64,000 nucleotides of DNA, taken from an uncultured delta proteobacterium (GTDB lineage Bacteria; Desulfobacterota; Desulfobacteria; Desulfobacterales; CAVQMW01). Below are positions 1 through 9,542 of this stretch, one piece after another (position 1 is the stretch's first letter; every line of letters starts with the position of its first letter). Both the position numbers and the translations under genes were made by a program. The notes below the pieces were generated by a model. The model ran no database searches and was not told where the DNA came from. It worked only from the letters and a program-made list of their open reading frames with translations. The stretch covers positions 15,637 through 79,636 of the forward strand of contig CAVQMW010000002.1 in the NCBI GenBank assembly GCA_963713755.1. The letters are read 5' to 3'.

Positions 1-309
1 GCTTTTTGAAAAAAGGGTTCAAGCAATCGGGCCTCTTGCTCGACAGACATATTCTGACGTCTGCGACCGCCGCGTTTTTTGGGGGCCACATGAGTTGTAC
101 CGCAATCTGCTCGGAACTCGGCCTGCAGACGGCAGACGGTGGCTTTAGAGCGACCAATGGCGATACCAGTAGCGACCAAATCAAGGCTAAATCGTGCGGG
201 TAAAAGAATCGCCTGTGCTTTTCTGAGGGTATGTGCGTCGTTGGCGTTTCGGATAGCTTTCTCAGATTTATCGGCAAGATATTTAGGTATGTTCGGTTTG
301 CGGGCCATA
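1..309 (-). CDS. IS630-like transposase, N-terminal helix-turn-helix portion (partial; continues beyond window start)
   Basis: Absent from the ORF track because no stop lies inside the window. A reverse-strand ATG at 309-307 opens MARKPNIPKYLADKSEKAIRNANDAHTLRKAQAILLPARFSLDLVATGIAIGRSKATVCRLQAEFRA..KKRGGRRRQNMSVEQEARLLEPFF, and the frame stays open to base 1. The HTH followed by a basic GGRRR stretch and an EQE..LL segment resembles IS630-type N-termini. The family call rests on motif memory only. Confidence 0.4.
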
Positions 310-429
310 GATAGACTATCCGAATAGGTGATGAATTATATAATACATAATTATCATTATGATTGCAAATATAAAGTTGATATGAGAAAAAGAAATACCC
401 GAAAGGCAAATGGATAAGGTAATGAGCGC

Positions 430-684
430 TCATATCAAACCGCCTTTTTTGGCGATAATTTTCAGTTGCTGTGCTATCTCGGCCAACTCGACCAGTGCAT
501 CAATTGAGAGTTTTACTTTGGATAGAACTGGCGGTGTATGCGACAGGTTGGTTTTACATAAAGGGATGCGCACCATGATATCGTTTTGATAAATCACCAA
601 GGCCTGGCGCTGACTGTTAGGCGGATGAGATACAGATATCAGGGGGAAGCGTTGACCGTAAAGAGGGTGTGCAGGATCAACCAC
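430..684 (-). CDS. small hypothetical protein, possibly DUF5372 (Y4bD/Y4pK-like)
   Basis: 84-aa ORF. The segment VDPAHPLYGQRFPL....VRIPLCKTNL resembles the HPxHPL-G-x-F ... IP-x-x-T pattern I associate with DUF5372 proteins of recombinase-bearing elements. The match is weak and memory-based. Confidence 0.3.
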   Translation of the reverse strand: MVDPAHPLYGQRFPLISVSHPPNSQRQALVIYQNDIMVRIPLCKTNLSHTPPVLSKVKLSIDALVELAEIAQQLKIIAKKGGLI

Positions 685-722
685 CTCGATCTCTGTCGGA
701 CTGTTTTCTGATGGGTTGTTGA

Positions 723-1544
723 GAGGGGTATCAAGTTGGCATATCGTTTGACACGATCCGGCACGACAAACTGCTTGGCCTGATTGCCAAGCGGGTCCAG
801 GACCCCCAGGTGCTCAAATTGATCAAACAGATCATCAAAGCCACCGGTAAAGTGGGGGTTCCCCAAGGCGGCCCGCTCAGCCCATTGGTCGCCAATATCT
901 ACCTGAACGAGGTGGACTGGGCATTTGACAGAATTCGTCGTCAAACTGCCCAAGGCCCCTATGAAGCGGTCAATTATCATCGCTTCTCAGACGATATTGT
1001 GATCACCGTAAGCGGCCACAGCAGTAAACTGGGCTGGGCTCAAAGAGCCCTACAGCGGCTTGTCGAACAGCTGGAACCCCTCGGGGTATCACTCAATCGC
1101 GATAAAACCCGGATGGTCAACACTCTTAAGGGTGAAGCCTTTGGCTTTCTGGGTTTCGACTTCCGCCGGGTACCCAAAAGGAATAAAAGTGGTCACTTCA
1201 TTCTCATGACCCCGCAAAAGAAAGCCCGCAAAGCCGTCAAGGCCAAGATTCGCGACATCATCCACAACAGTGGGGCCACACCGGCCAAAGAGGTTATGTC
1301 AAAGATCAATGCCGTTTTAACCGGCTGGGTCAACTATTTTCGGGTGGGTAACTCCAGTCGCGCATTTAGTGAAGTCCGCGACTATACAGAAATGAAAGTC
1401 CGCACCCTGTTAACCCGGCGGAAACGGCGGAAAAAGCGCAGCATAGGCTGGCGAAGGTGGAGTAACGAATACCTTTACGGTGTTTTAGGGCTTTTCTGGG
1501 ATTGGAAAATCCAACCCCTGAAAAACGTGGAAGCCTACATGTGA
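723..1544 (+). pseudogene. group II intron reverse transcriptase/maturase, N-terminally truncated
   Basis: ORF track entry 810..1544 is extended upstream in frame to 723. RT blocks 3-7 and the maturase X domain are present. No start codon and none of the early RT blocks are present. Confidence 0.8.
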
Positions 1545-1599
1545 AAGCCGACGCCACAACCTATAGTTCTCATAACCCTTACAACGAAGTTCATCGGGT

Positions 1600-1632
1600 G
1601 AGCCGCTTGAGGGAAAACCTCACGAGCGGTTC
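1600..1632 (+). ncRNA. group II intron catalytic domain V
   Basis: Reads GAGCCGCUUGAGG-GAAAA-CCUC-AC-GAGCGGUUC. It has the AGC triad, the 2-nt AC bulge, a GAAA-type loop, and terminal G-U wobbles as in the domain V consensus. It lies 56 nt after the RT stop. Confidence 0.8.
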
Positions 1633-1683
1633 TGAAGGGGAGGGGCTGGAAACGGGCAATATTGCACCGCGCCAGTCCTTTAC

Positions 1684-2005
1684 CCGCCAACGGGTTTTTC
1701 GAGATGTAAAATCTCTACTTGAAACCCGGCCGATCTACCACCAGCGCGATGAGAACATCCGGGGTCATGTGTTTTGCAGCTTTCTGGCCCTGGTCTTACG
1801 CAAGGAGCTTGAAGGCCGTCTAAACGATGCCGGTCACCTATTTGAGTGGTCCGAAATCAAACAGGATCTCGATGCGCTCCAGCGGGTCACCATTCTGGAG
1901 CAGGGTAAACGCTTTGCCATCCGCACCCAATGCCAGGGCAACTGCGGGAAGATCTTTCAGGCCGTTGGTGTTGCGCCTCCCCCGACGATCCGGGAGATCA
2001 GATAA
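1684..2005 (+). pseudogene. IS1634/IS4-group DDE transposase, C-terminal fragment (3' exon of the intron)
   Basis: In the frame of ORF 1502..2005, from about 1690 the translation reads RVFRDVKSLLETRPIYHQRDENIRGHVFCSFLALVLRKELEGRL..GKRFAIRTQ..IFQAVGV.PPPTIREI. This is the characteristic C-terminal block of IS1634-type transposases. Only about 105 aa are present. Confidence 0.6.
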
Positions 2006-2605
2006 GAATCCGACGGTCAAAATCCAAGCCCGGGTAGTGCCAACAACTAAAGACGGATTCCTATTACCTTGTTTTTATTAGACTTTTGAAATTGCACTGT
2101 CAAAGATCAGTTTGGAAGAGCTATGGTAGATTTTCAATTTTACTTTGGACTTGAGGGCTTCTATCCGCCATAGCGCATAAGAATATCGAATGGCCTTAAA
2201 TTGGGATAGCTCTCTATCCTGTTGATATTCTATTTGATTTTGTGAATTGCTCAGCAAAGGCAGGCTTTAGGCTATTATACGGAAACGGTGCGCGAAAATC
2301 GGTGATAATATTGGCAAAATAGACTCGATTTAGGCAATATTCATGAAAACGCATACTTGATCAAATGTGGATCGATAGCTGCAAAGGGTTTAACAACAGG
2401 TAGTTATGACAATCCAACCGTTATTTGCGGTCATAGCAACTTTTGATAAAAAAATGATATTAATATGCATATCAATTTTCAAATATGAACAAGCCCCCTA
2501 TCAATCCTTGGGTCTGAATTTTGGGCACATAGCGCTTGACCAGATACTCCTTTTGAGATTCACCTACGACGCAATTCCTCACATGGAAGGTGAACCCTCG
2601 AAATA

Positions 2606-2630
2606 TTAAAAAAACCGACGCTCGCTCGGG
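2606..2630 (-). terminator. possible intrinsic terminator after the tct/kinase/regulator operon
   Basis: The minus-strand RNA reads CCGAGCGAGCGUCGG followed by U7, with the A-run at 2608-2614 on the plus strand. It lies 6 nt after the regulator stop. The stem is only 4 bp, so the call is weak. Confidence 0.35.
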
Positions 2631-2635
2631 TACCA

Positions 2636-4057
2636 TCAACGATACCTTTTAAGCAGCTGATAAAGCCGTGCACGTTTCAACCCAGAAATTTCACAGGCCT
2701 TCTGAATATCATCCCCAGCGGTCTCCATGAGTTCCCGAATATAGCGTTTCTCGATCACCACAAGTGCCTGCTGCCGGTATGTTTTCCAACTTTCAAGCTG
2801 TTTGACGGGTGCCGGCCGGATTTCGTCATCCATGGGCTTTTCTGTCATGGTTAGGTCCAAGCGCTGGGCGCGGATATGATCCGGCAAGTGCTTTGGGTAT
2901 AACATGGGGCTGGCAATTTCCATGACGACTGCCCGTTCAATGGTTCCGGCCAATTCACGAACGTTTCCGGGCCAGCTGTAGTGGTGGAGCATTTCCAAGA
3001 ACTCTTCGGACATTTTTTTTGTTTCTATGCCATGCCGCGTACAGAGGCGATCCACATAATAGGCGGCGATCTCGTCTATATCCTTGCTGCGGTTTTTCAA
3101 TGCGGGCAATTCGATGACGAAGCTACCCAGACGGAATAGCAGATCCTGGCGGAATCGGCCCTCTTCGGTGCGGGTTTCTAAATCGCGATTGGTAGCTGAT
3201 ACCAGTCGGAAATTGCTTTCCATCTCTTGTTCTCCGCCTACCGGTCGGTAGCACCGCTCCTGGAGTACTCGCAGGAATTTTTTCTGAAGGTCCAGTGGCA
3301 GCTCACCCACCTCGTCCAAAAAGAGCGTTCCGCCATGGGCCTGCTGGACCAAACCCACTCTGTGACTCTCGGCGCCTGTGAACGCTCCCCTGGCATGACC
3401 GAAGAGAATGCTCTCGGCCAGGCTTTGGGGCAAAGAGGTGCAGTCGACGACAATAAATGGGTTGGATGCACGGGTGCTGTTTTGGTGAATCGCCTTGGCA
3501 AACAGCTCTTTGCCTGTACCGGTTTCCCCCCGGATCAGCACGTTGGCATCACTCTTGGCGGCATGACCCATGAGGGTGATACACATCTGCAACCTGGCGC
3601 TACTGCCCACAATCCCGCTACGGTCCACAGCGGAAGGATTGTGCAGCGCCTCTTTATGGCTGCGATACTGTAGAGCCCGCTGCAGGGAAAGTTTCAGGGT
3701 ATCGATACGGGCCGGTTTTTCTATGAAATCCCATACACCGCTCTTTAGGGCTTCCGCGGCACCGTTTTTCTCGCCAAATGCGGTAATGATGATGATCTCC
3801 GGTGGGAACGGTAGGGCCTGGATTTTGGGGATAATGTCCAGTCCGCTACCGTCGGGCAGCTTGACATCCAGAAAAACCACATCAAAATCTCCCCCGCGCA
3901 AGCATTCCAGACCATCCGAAAGGGTAAAGGCGGTTTTCGCCTTACGCCCGGATTCATTGACCATCCGGCTGAGGGTGTAGGACATCCCCTTGTCATCATC
4001 AATGATGAGGACACGTGTTTTTCCAGGGTCGTGTGTCGATCCGTTATCTTCAGCCAT
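2636..4057 (-). CDS. sigma-54-dependent response regulator (REC + AAA+ + Fis-type HTH, NtrC family)
   Basis: Shows a receiver domain (VLIIDDD..DVVFLDVKLPDGSG), Walker A GETGTGKE, a canonical GAFTGA (FGHARGAFTGA), GGTLFLDEVG, and a C-terminal HTH. It overlaps the kinase stop by 8 nt. Confidence 0.9.
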   Translation of the reverse strand: MAEDNGSTHDPGKTRVLIIDDDKGMSYTLSRMVNESGRKAKTAFTLSDGLECLRGGDFDVVFLDVKLPDGSGLDIIPKIQALPFPPEIIIITAFGEKNGAAEALKSGVWDFIEKPARIDTLKLSLQRALQYRSHKEALHNPSAVDRSGIVGSSARLQMCITLMGHAAKSDANVLIRGETGTGKELFAKAIHQNSTRASNPFIVVDCTSLPQSLAESILFGHARGAFTGAESHRVGLVQQAHGGTLFLDEVGELPLDLQKKFLRVLQERCYRPVGGEQEMESNFRLVSATNRDLETRTEEGRFRQDLLFRLGSFVIELPALKNRSKDIDEIAAYYVDRLCTRHGIETKKMSEEFLEMLHHYSWPGNVRELAGTIERAVVMEIASPMLYPKHLPDHIRAQRLDLTMTEKPMDDEIRPAPVKQLESWKTYRQQALVVIEKRYIRELMETAGDDIQKACEISGLKRARLYQLLKRYR

Positions 4058-6263
4058 CCAGAACCTCTCGGATGATTAAAGCCAGTTCATCCCGGCGAAT
4101 GGGTTTGATGAGCATTCGGGAAACATGAGCCATTTTCGCCTCCTCCTCTATCTTTTCATCTTTCAGGCCGGTATACAGGATAATGGGCAGGTGGGGACGA
4201 AATTGCCGCACCTTTTTTGCTAACCTGAGACCGGTAATATCCGGCATCATGTGGTCAGAGATAATAAGATCAAAATTATCCGGGTTTTCAGAAAACCTTT
4301 CAAGTGCTTTGATACTGCTGGTATGAGTGTCGACGGTATAACCCAGGCCGTTTAAAATCCGCTGTAAAATGTCGGCTAAAATCTCCTCATCATCAACTAG
4401 AAGAATATGTTCGGTTCCTTTGGGCAGATCGGATATCTGTTCTTGGGTTATCTGGATATCGGGATGTTCGAGTTTGGGCAGGAATACATCAAAAATAGTT
4501 CTTTCATTACAAACGCTGTCGACAAATACAGCGCCACCGTGTTTTTGGACAATACCGTGCACAACGGACAGTCCAAGCCCCGTTCCCTCGCCCACATTTT
4601 TTGTAGTGAAAAAGGGATCGAAAATTCGGTGCAGGGCTTCCTTGGAAATACCGCAACCGGTATCCCTGACAGAAAGTTTCACATACTTTCCGACTTTAAG
4701 GTTATCATGTTGAGGGATCTCCTCGGGCCTCACATCAATGTCCGTTAGCGATATCTGGAGCTCGCCGCCCCGGGTAGACATGGCTTGAGCCGAATTGGTG
4801 CAAAGGTTCATCAAAATCTGCTGGATCTGGATGGGATCGGCCAATACTACCCCGTTGCTTGTTTCGATGGAAAGCCGGATATCGACGGTTGAGGGCAGTG
4901 TGGCCCTTAAAAACTTGGTAACTTCCTTGAGAAACGGCGGCAGGATCAAAGGGAGGTATTCACTTTCACCCTGTCTGCTGAAGGTGAGAATCTGTCGGAC
5001 CAATGCTTTGGCATTGAGTCCGGCATCCAGCACTTTTTCGATATCCGCCTTGGCCGAATGCCCTTCAGGAAGATTGTTCAAAGCCAGCTCGCTGCAACCG
5101 ATGATCACTCCTAAAATATTGTTGAAATCGTGAGCGATACCGCCGGCCAGGGTACCGATGGCCTCCATTTTCTGGGCCTGCCGCAGTTTCATTTCGGTGG
5201 TTTTCCTGCGGGTGATATCCTGGACAAGACCCTCGAAATGAATCAGACGGCCCCCATGGCCATAGATGGGGCGGGCGTTGATGGATGTCCAAATGACCTG
5301 CCCGTCTTTGCGGTGCAGCTGCACCTCAAACGATTCGATAACCTTGGCTCTCTCCAGCTGCCGGATGAACGATTTTCTTTGCTGTTCATCAACATAGTGC
5401 TGTTCACCGATGTTTGTAACTTGCTGGATCAGTTGGTCAGGAGAATCATATCCGAGAATGGCCGCAAAAGCAGGGTTGGCGCTGATGATGCGGCCTTCCG
5501 GTGTGGACTGGTAGATGCCCTCCAGGGCGTTTTCAAAAATGCTTCGATATTTCTTTTCAGCCTGTTGAATGACCGTTATCTGGTCATCGATCTGTTTGCC
5601 CATGCGCTGCAGGGTTTCAACAAACGAGCGCAGTTCCACATAGGGCATCTCCTGCTTGGGAAACTTCGAATGACCGGCGTTATAAGAGGCAACGAGTTCA
5701 TCCAGTTGACGCAGCGGTTTGTTGAGCGATCGGCGCAGAAAAAGCCCGGTTAACAGGATCAGAGAGAGCAAATTGATCAGAATTATGAAGCTGAAATACC
5801 AGAATAACTGTCGCTTCCAGATATTGAAATAACCTGAGGTAAGGCTGATCTCTACCCCCCCCATGGGTTCACCGAAATAGGTCAGTTTGACCGATCGTTT
5901 AACCAGGGGGACAACATTCATCTTTTTTTCCGCCACACAGATTTTATCACGGCTGTCCACAATGGTAATCCCTGCGATAAAGTCATTCTGCATGAAGGAC
6001 CTGCCAATCACGTTTATGGTTTCGTAGTCATAATTCCAGATGGGCAGGATCAGTATCTCTTTCAGATACTGGATATATTCATCCGCTTTAGCATTCAAAT
6101 GCTCGTTCGCTTTTGATCTTGTAACGGAATAGGCAATGAAAAAGGATATGGTGGAAACAAGGAAAATAGTAAGGATCAGGCCCAGGGAGACCTCTTTTGA
6201 GATGGACCTGCGGGAGGATGATAGTCTGCCGAACAATTGAATTTTGTCCTCCCTTTGCGACAT
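4050..6263 (-). CDS. hybrid sensor histidine kinase (2 TM, HAMP, PAS, HisKA, HATPase, C-terminal REC)
   Basis: Shows the H-box GIAHDFNNILGVI, G-boxes DTGCGI and GTGLGLS, a PAS segment (SIFENALEGIYQSTPEG), and a C-terminal receiver (ILLVDDEE..ISDHMMPDITG). Confidence 0.9.
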   Translation of the reverse strand: MSQREDKIQLFGRLSSSRRSISKEVSLGLILTIFLVSTISFFIAYSVTRSKANEHLNAKADEYIQYLKEILILPIWNYDYETINVIGRSFMQNDFIAGITIVDSRDKICVAEKKMNVVPLVKRSVKLTYFGEPMGGVEISLTSGYFNIWKRQLFWYFSFIILINLLSLILLTGLFLRRSLNKPLRQLDELVASYNAGHSKFPKQEMPYVELRSFVETLQRMGKQIDDQITVIQQAEKKYRSIFENALEGIYQSTPEGRIISANPAFAAILGYDSPDQLIQQVTNIGEQHYVDEQQRKSFIRQLERAKVIESFEVQLHRKDGQVIWTSINARPIYGHGGRLIHFEGLVQDITRRKTTEMKLRQAQKMEAIGTLAGGIAHDFNNILGVIIGCSELALNNLPEGHSAKADIEKVLDAGLNAKALVRQILTFSRQGESEYLPLILPPFLKEVTKFLRATLPSTVDIRLSIETSNGVVLADPIQIQQILMNLCTNSAQAMSTRGGELQISLTDIDVRPEEIPQHDNLKVGKYVKLSVRDTGCGISKEALHRIFDPFFTTKNVGEGTGLGLSVVHGIVQKHGGAVFVDSVCNERTIFDVFLPKLEHPDIQITQEQISDLPKGTEHILLVDDEEILADILQRILNGLGYTVDTHTSSIKALERFSENPDNFDLIISDHMMPDITGLRLAKKVRQFRPHLPIILYTGLKDEKIEEEAKMAHVSRMLIKPIRRDELALIIREVLDG

Positions 6264-6295
6264 GTTACATTTTCAAAACGAAAGCTTCGGTAATA

Positions 6296-7801
6296 TTATT
6301 TCCGCAGACGGTTTTTAACATATTTTATAATTACCGGCGCTGCAAGACTGAGAAATGTGATGATCCACAATCCGATGGTGATGGGGGATCCATAAAAGGT
6401 CGAATAATCGCCATAGCTGTAAGTTAGGGCTCGTCTGAAATTGACTTCGATGAGTCCCCCCAGTACGAGTCCCAGGATAAGCGGGGCCATGGGAAAACCC
6501 GTCTTTCGCATAATAAATCCTACGATACCGAAGACAAGCATCAGGATCAGGTCAAATTCACTGCCGTTAAGGACATAGACCCCGACGATGCTCAGGATGG
6601 CGATGCACGGCATCAGAATCCAGCGGGGCACGAGTAGAATCTTGGCCAGCCATTTGACCATGGGCAGGTTAAGAACAATCAGCACCAGGTTCCCCAAAAA
6701 CATCGAGGCGGCCACTCCCCAGAACATGTCCGGCTGGTCCACCAGCATGGTGGGCCCCGGGGTGACCCCAAGGGTGATAAGGGCCGCAAGCATGACCGCC
6801 GTGGTTTCACTTCCCGGAACACCTAATACCAGCAAGGGGATGAATGAACCGACGGCTGAGGAGTTGTTCGCAGACTCGGGAGCCGCCACACCGCGCAGGT
6901 CCCCTTTACCAAAATGGCCTTTGGAACCGGCCAGTTTCTTTTCGGTAGCATAGGCGATAAAGCTGGCAATGGTGGCACCTGCGCCCGGTAAGACACCGAC
7001 CACAAAACCGCTGACGCAGCTGCGAAGGATCCCTGCCGCAGATTCCTTTAGCTCTTTGAAGGTCATCAGGACCTTGTTCACCGGTGCTACTGTTTGGGCC
7101 GTATCCTCCGTCAAATCCGATAGATAAATAAACAATTCACCGACGGCAAACACCCCGATCACAACGACGATAAAGTCGATACCATCCCCCAGTTCCTCGA
7201 TGCCGAAAATAAAGCGACGCATGCCGCCAAAGCTCAAATCGTCGATCCCTACGGTGGCAATGGCCAGCCCTAAAATGGCGGAAAACATCGCCTTGATGAA
7301 ACTGCCCGTGGAAAAGCTGGTGAGGGCGGTAAAAGCGCAGACCATCAGTACAAAATATTCGGAAGGTCCGAAATCGATAGCCAATTTGGCGAGGAGTGGC
7401 GCAAAGAAAATAAGGAGAAAGATCGACAAAACACCGCCGGAAAAGGATGCCACGGCGCTCATGGCAAGGGCGGGCCCCGCTCTTCCCTGTTTAGCGGCTT
7501 CATTGCCGTCGATACAGGTCACGGCTGAGGAAGAGGTACCGGGGACATTGAGAAGGATGGCCGAAATGGAATTTCCATATTGTGACCCGTAAAAGATCCC
7601 GCCAAAGAAGATCAATGCCGAAGATGGGGTCAATTCAAACTGCAGCACAATGGGAAACAAAATAGCGATGGCGTTAATGGGCCCGATACCGGGCAGCATA
7701 CCAATTACAGTCCCCAGGAAACACCCGATAATAACCAGAAAAGCGTTCAAACCGCTAAACGCGACAGAAAACCCCTGCATTAATAAATCAAACATAGTCA
7801 C
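6296..7801 (-). CDS. tctA: tripartite tricarboxylate transporter, large permease TctA
   Basis: 501 aa and polytopic. It has the N-terminus MFDLLMQGFSVAF and the GMLPGIGP motif typical of TctA. Confidence 0.9.
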   Translation of the reverse strand: MTMFDLLMQGFSVAFSGLNAFLVIIGCFLGTVIGMLPGIGPINAIAILFPIVLQFELTPSSALIFFGGIFYGSQYGNSISAILLNVPGTSSSAVTCIDGNEAAKQGRAGPALAMSAVASFSGGVLSIFLLIFFAPLLAKLAIDFGPSEYFVLMVCAFTALTSFSTGSFIKAMFSAILGLAIATVGIDDLSFGGMRRFIFGIEELGDGIDFIVVVIGVFAVGELFIYLSDLTEDTAQTVAPVNKVLMTFKELKESAAGILRSCVSGFVVGVLPGAGATIASFIAYATEKKLAGSKGHFGKGDLRGVAAPESANNSSAVGSFIPLLVLGVPGSETTAVMLAALITLGVTPGPTMLVDQPDMFWGVAASMFLGNLVLIVLNLPMVKWLAKILLVPRWILMPCIAILSIVGVYVLNGSEFDLILMLVFGIVGFIMRKTGFPMAPLILGLVLGGLIEVNFRRALTYSYGDYSTFYGSPITIGLWIITFLSLAAPVIIKYVKNRLRK

Positions 7802-7901
7802 CTACTTTTTAGTCAGATTGGCTTGGAGGCCAAACAAGGATTGTTTCATTAAGGCATAAGTCTTGCGGATAGCGACCATGTCAATGCATACCATTGAACG
7901 A

Positions 7902-8342
7902 CTATAAAAAGTTTAACAACCCGGCGGGTAGGTTCAATCCCAATAGTCGGTCAAAAAGAATATAAAAAATGATGGCAGTGACGATCGAGACAGGTGCAAT
8001 CCACTTCCGTTTGCCTTCAAATACCCACATGCAAATTGCCATCAGCACGCTGGCGGAAATGATGAATCCAATCTTGTGAAGAACAAAGCAGTAGACCAGA
8101 ATCGCACAAAAGGTGAGGCCAATCTTTTGAACATTTCTCCCTTTGGGCCACGAAGTCTTGTGTGGCGAGGGCCAAATGAACAGCCCGATAGAGGATACGA
8201 TCATTAAGACGGAAAGGACAAAAGGATAAAATTTCTCATTTACCGGGTTAAAATCGGCATCCAGTGAAAAAGCGGCAGCGCAGTAGATAATGCTAAAGAC
8301 CAGCATGACGATGGCATATTTTCTATCGGCTATCAGATTCAT
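7902..8342 (-). CDS. tctB: tripartite tricarboxylate transporter, small subunit TctB
   Basis: 146 aa with four hydrophobic helices. It is positioned between tctC and tctA. Confidence 0.75.
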   Translation of the reverse strand: MNLIADRKYAIVMLVFSIIYCAAAFSLDADFNPVNEKFYPFVLSVLMIVSSIGLFIWPSPHKTSWPKGRNVQKIGLTFCAILVYCFVLHKIGFIISASVLMAICMWVFEGKRKWIAPVSIVTAIIFYILFDRLLGLNLPAGLLNFL

Positions 8343-8415
8343 GATATCACCTTGTTTTAAATATAGGGCGGCTTTCAGGGTTGATTTCCTTCCAGCCGCC
8401 CGATCTACAAAATTA

Positions 8416-9408
8416 TCATTTGATGATGCCCAACTCTTTGGAGAGCTCCGCTACGTTTTCAATTTGCTTTCTGACAAAACCATCAAAGTCCTTGCCAAAG
8501 GAGGTAAACTCAGCAAGGCCGTTTTTCATTCTGAGTTCAGTCCACTCAGGTGATTCGGCCACGGCTTTGACCACTGATACCCAGTAATCATATGCTTCAT
8601 CAGAAATGCCGGCTGGGGCATAGAAGGCCCGCCAGTTACCGCCCACCACATCATAACCCTGTTCTTTTGCCGTCTTGGCATCTCCCAGCGCGGGAACACG
8701 CTTATCGGAAAGGACCGCCAGCACCCGAAGTTCTCCGGCCTGCAGTTGACCGATAATTTCAGAAGAATCGCCCGTAAATGCTGCGGCACGACCGGCGACC
8801 ACTTCAAGAAGGGCTTTTCCGCCATTATCAAACGGAATGTAGTTGATGCTCCTTAAATTTTCTATCCCGGCCTCTTTTGCGACGAGGAGGGCCTTAAGAT
8901 GGTCCCAGCCACCCCTAGAGCTTGCACCCACGATAGGGGCTTTTCTCGGGTCGGTTTTGAGTGTTTCCACCAAATCATCGAGTGTTTTGTACGGCGAGTC
9001 TTTTCCGACAACGATGACACCGTAATCCATGCCGAGCGCACCTACCCATCTGACGTCATCAGCCCTGTAATCGCCATATACCTTTTGGGCCAGCCGTGTC
9101 GCCGTGGCTGCACTTGCCGCGACAATCAGTTTTTCGTCTGTTTTCCGGGTGGTCACCACATGGGAAAACGCTTTCCCTCCACCGGAGCCGGACATGTTGA
9201 CTACCTTCATGGCGCCGTCGATTAAATCCAGTTTCTGCATTAGCTGTGCAGCGGGAACCCGGCAGGTGAAATCCCATCCTCCGCCCGCACCGGCAGGAGC
9301 CAGACATTCAGTACCCGACAGTTTTTCCTGGGTGGACAAGGCAGGATTGATGAAAACAAAACCCAATAAACCCGAAACGATTAAAAGAGTACTAAAAATT
9401 TTTCTCAT
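8416..9408 (-). CDS. tctC: tripartite tricarboxylate transporter substrate-binding protein TctC (Bug family)
   Basis: Has a signal peptide, then the blocks APAGAGGGWD and GGNWRAFYAPAGISDEAYDYW, which are typical of the Bug/TctC family. It is the first gene of the tctCBA order. Confidence 0.85.
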   Translation of the reverse strand: MRKIFSTLLIVSGLLGFVFINPALSTQEKLSGTECLAPAGAGGGWDFTCRVPAAQLMQKLDLIDGAMKVVNMSGSGGGKAFSHVVTTRKTDEKLIVAASAATATRLAQKVYGDYRADDVRWVGALGMDYGVIVVGKDSPYKTLDDLVETLKTDPRKAPIVGASSRGGWDHLKALLVAKEAGIENLRSINYIPFDNGGKALLEVVAGRAAAFTGDSSEIIGQLQAGELRVLAVLSDKRVPALGDAKTAKEQGYDVVGGNWRAFYAPAGISDEAYDYWVSVVKAVAESPEWTELRMKNGLAEFTSFGKDFDGFVRKQIENVAELSKELGIIK

Positions 9409-9524
9409 GATCTCTCCTTTCTTTTAAAACATAGTCGTTAACATTAACTTGCCTGGATTTGTTGACGGTCTCAAGCCAACAAAGGACGATAAAGGTGGAT
9501 TCTTGCCAAGCGTTGATCCTTTGT

Positions 9525-9542
9525 TCAGCGAAAAGTGTGCCA
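9525..9542 (-). promoter_or_regulatory. candidate sigma-54 (-24/-12) promoter for tctCBA-kinase-regulator
   Basis: The minus strand reads TTGGCAC-ACTTT-TCGCT against the consensus TGGCAC-N5-TTGCW. The GG and GC dinucleotides are at the correct spacing. It lies about 115 nt upstream of the tctC start, and an NtrC-type activator is encoded in the same operon. Confidence 0.5.

Larger units (their letters stand above)
723..1683 (+). mobile_element. group II intron, 5'-truncated (RT/maturase remnant plus domains V-VI)
   Basis: The RT frame is open from 723 (TGA at 720-722) and begins in mid-RT. It reads ISFDTIRHDKLL, GVPQGGPLSPLVANIYL, FSDD in the YADD position, and the X-domain TGWVNYFRVGNS. A canonical domain V lies at 1600-1632. 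Ribozyme domains I-III and the N-terminal RT motifs are absent. The 3' boundary is approximate. Confidence 0.8.

Noticed and set aside
639-980. 113-aa minus-strand ORF
   Set aside because: It overlaps the group II intron RT frame in antisense and has no motifs. It is spurious.
1502-1683. N-terminal 60 aa of ORF 1502..2005 as part of a real protein
   Set aside because: This part is a read-through of the intron RT 3' end and ribozyme domains V-VI. Only the segment after about 1684 resembles a transposase.
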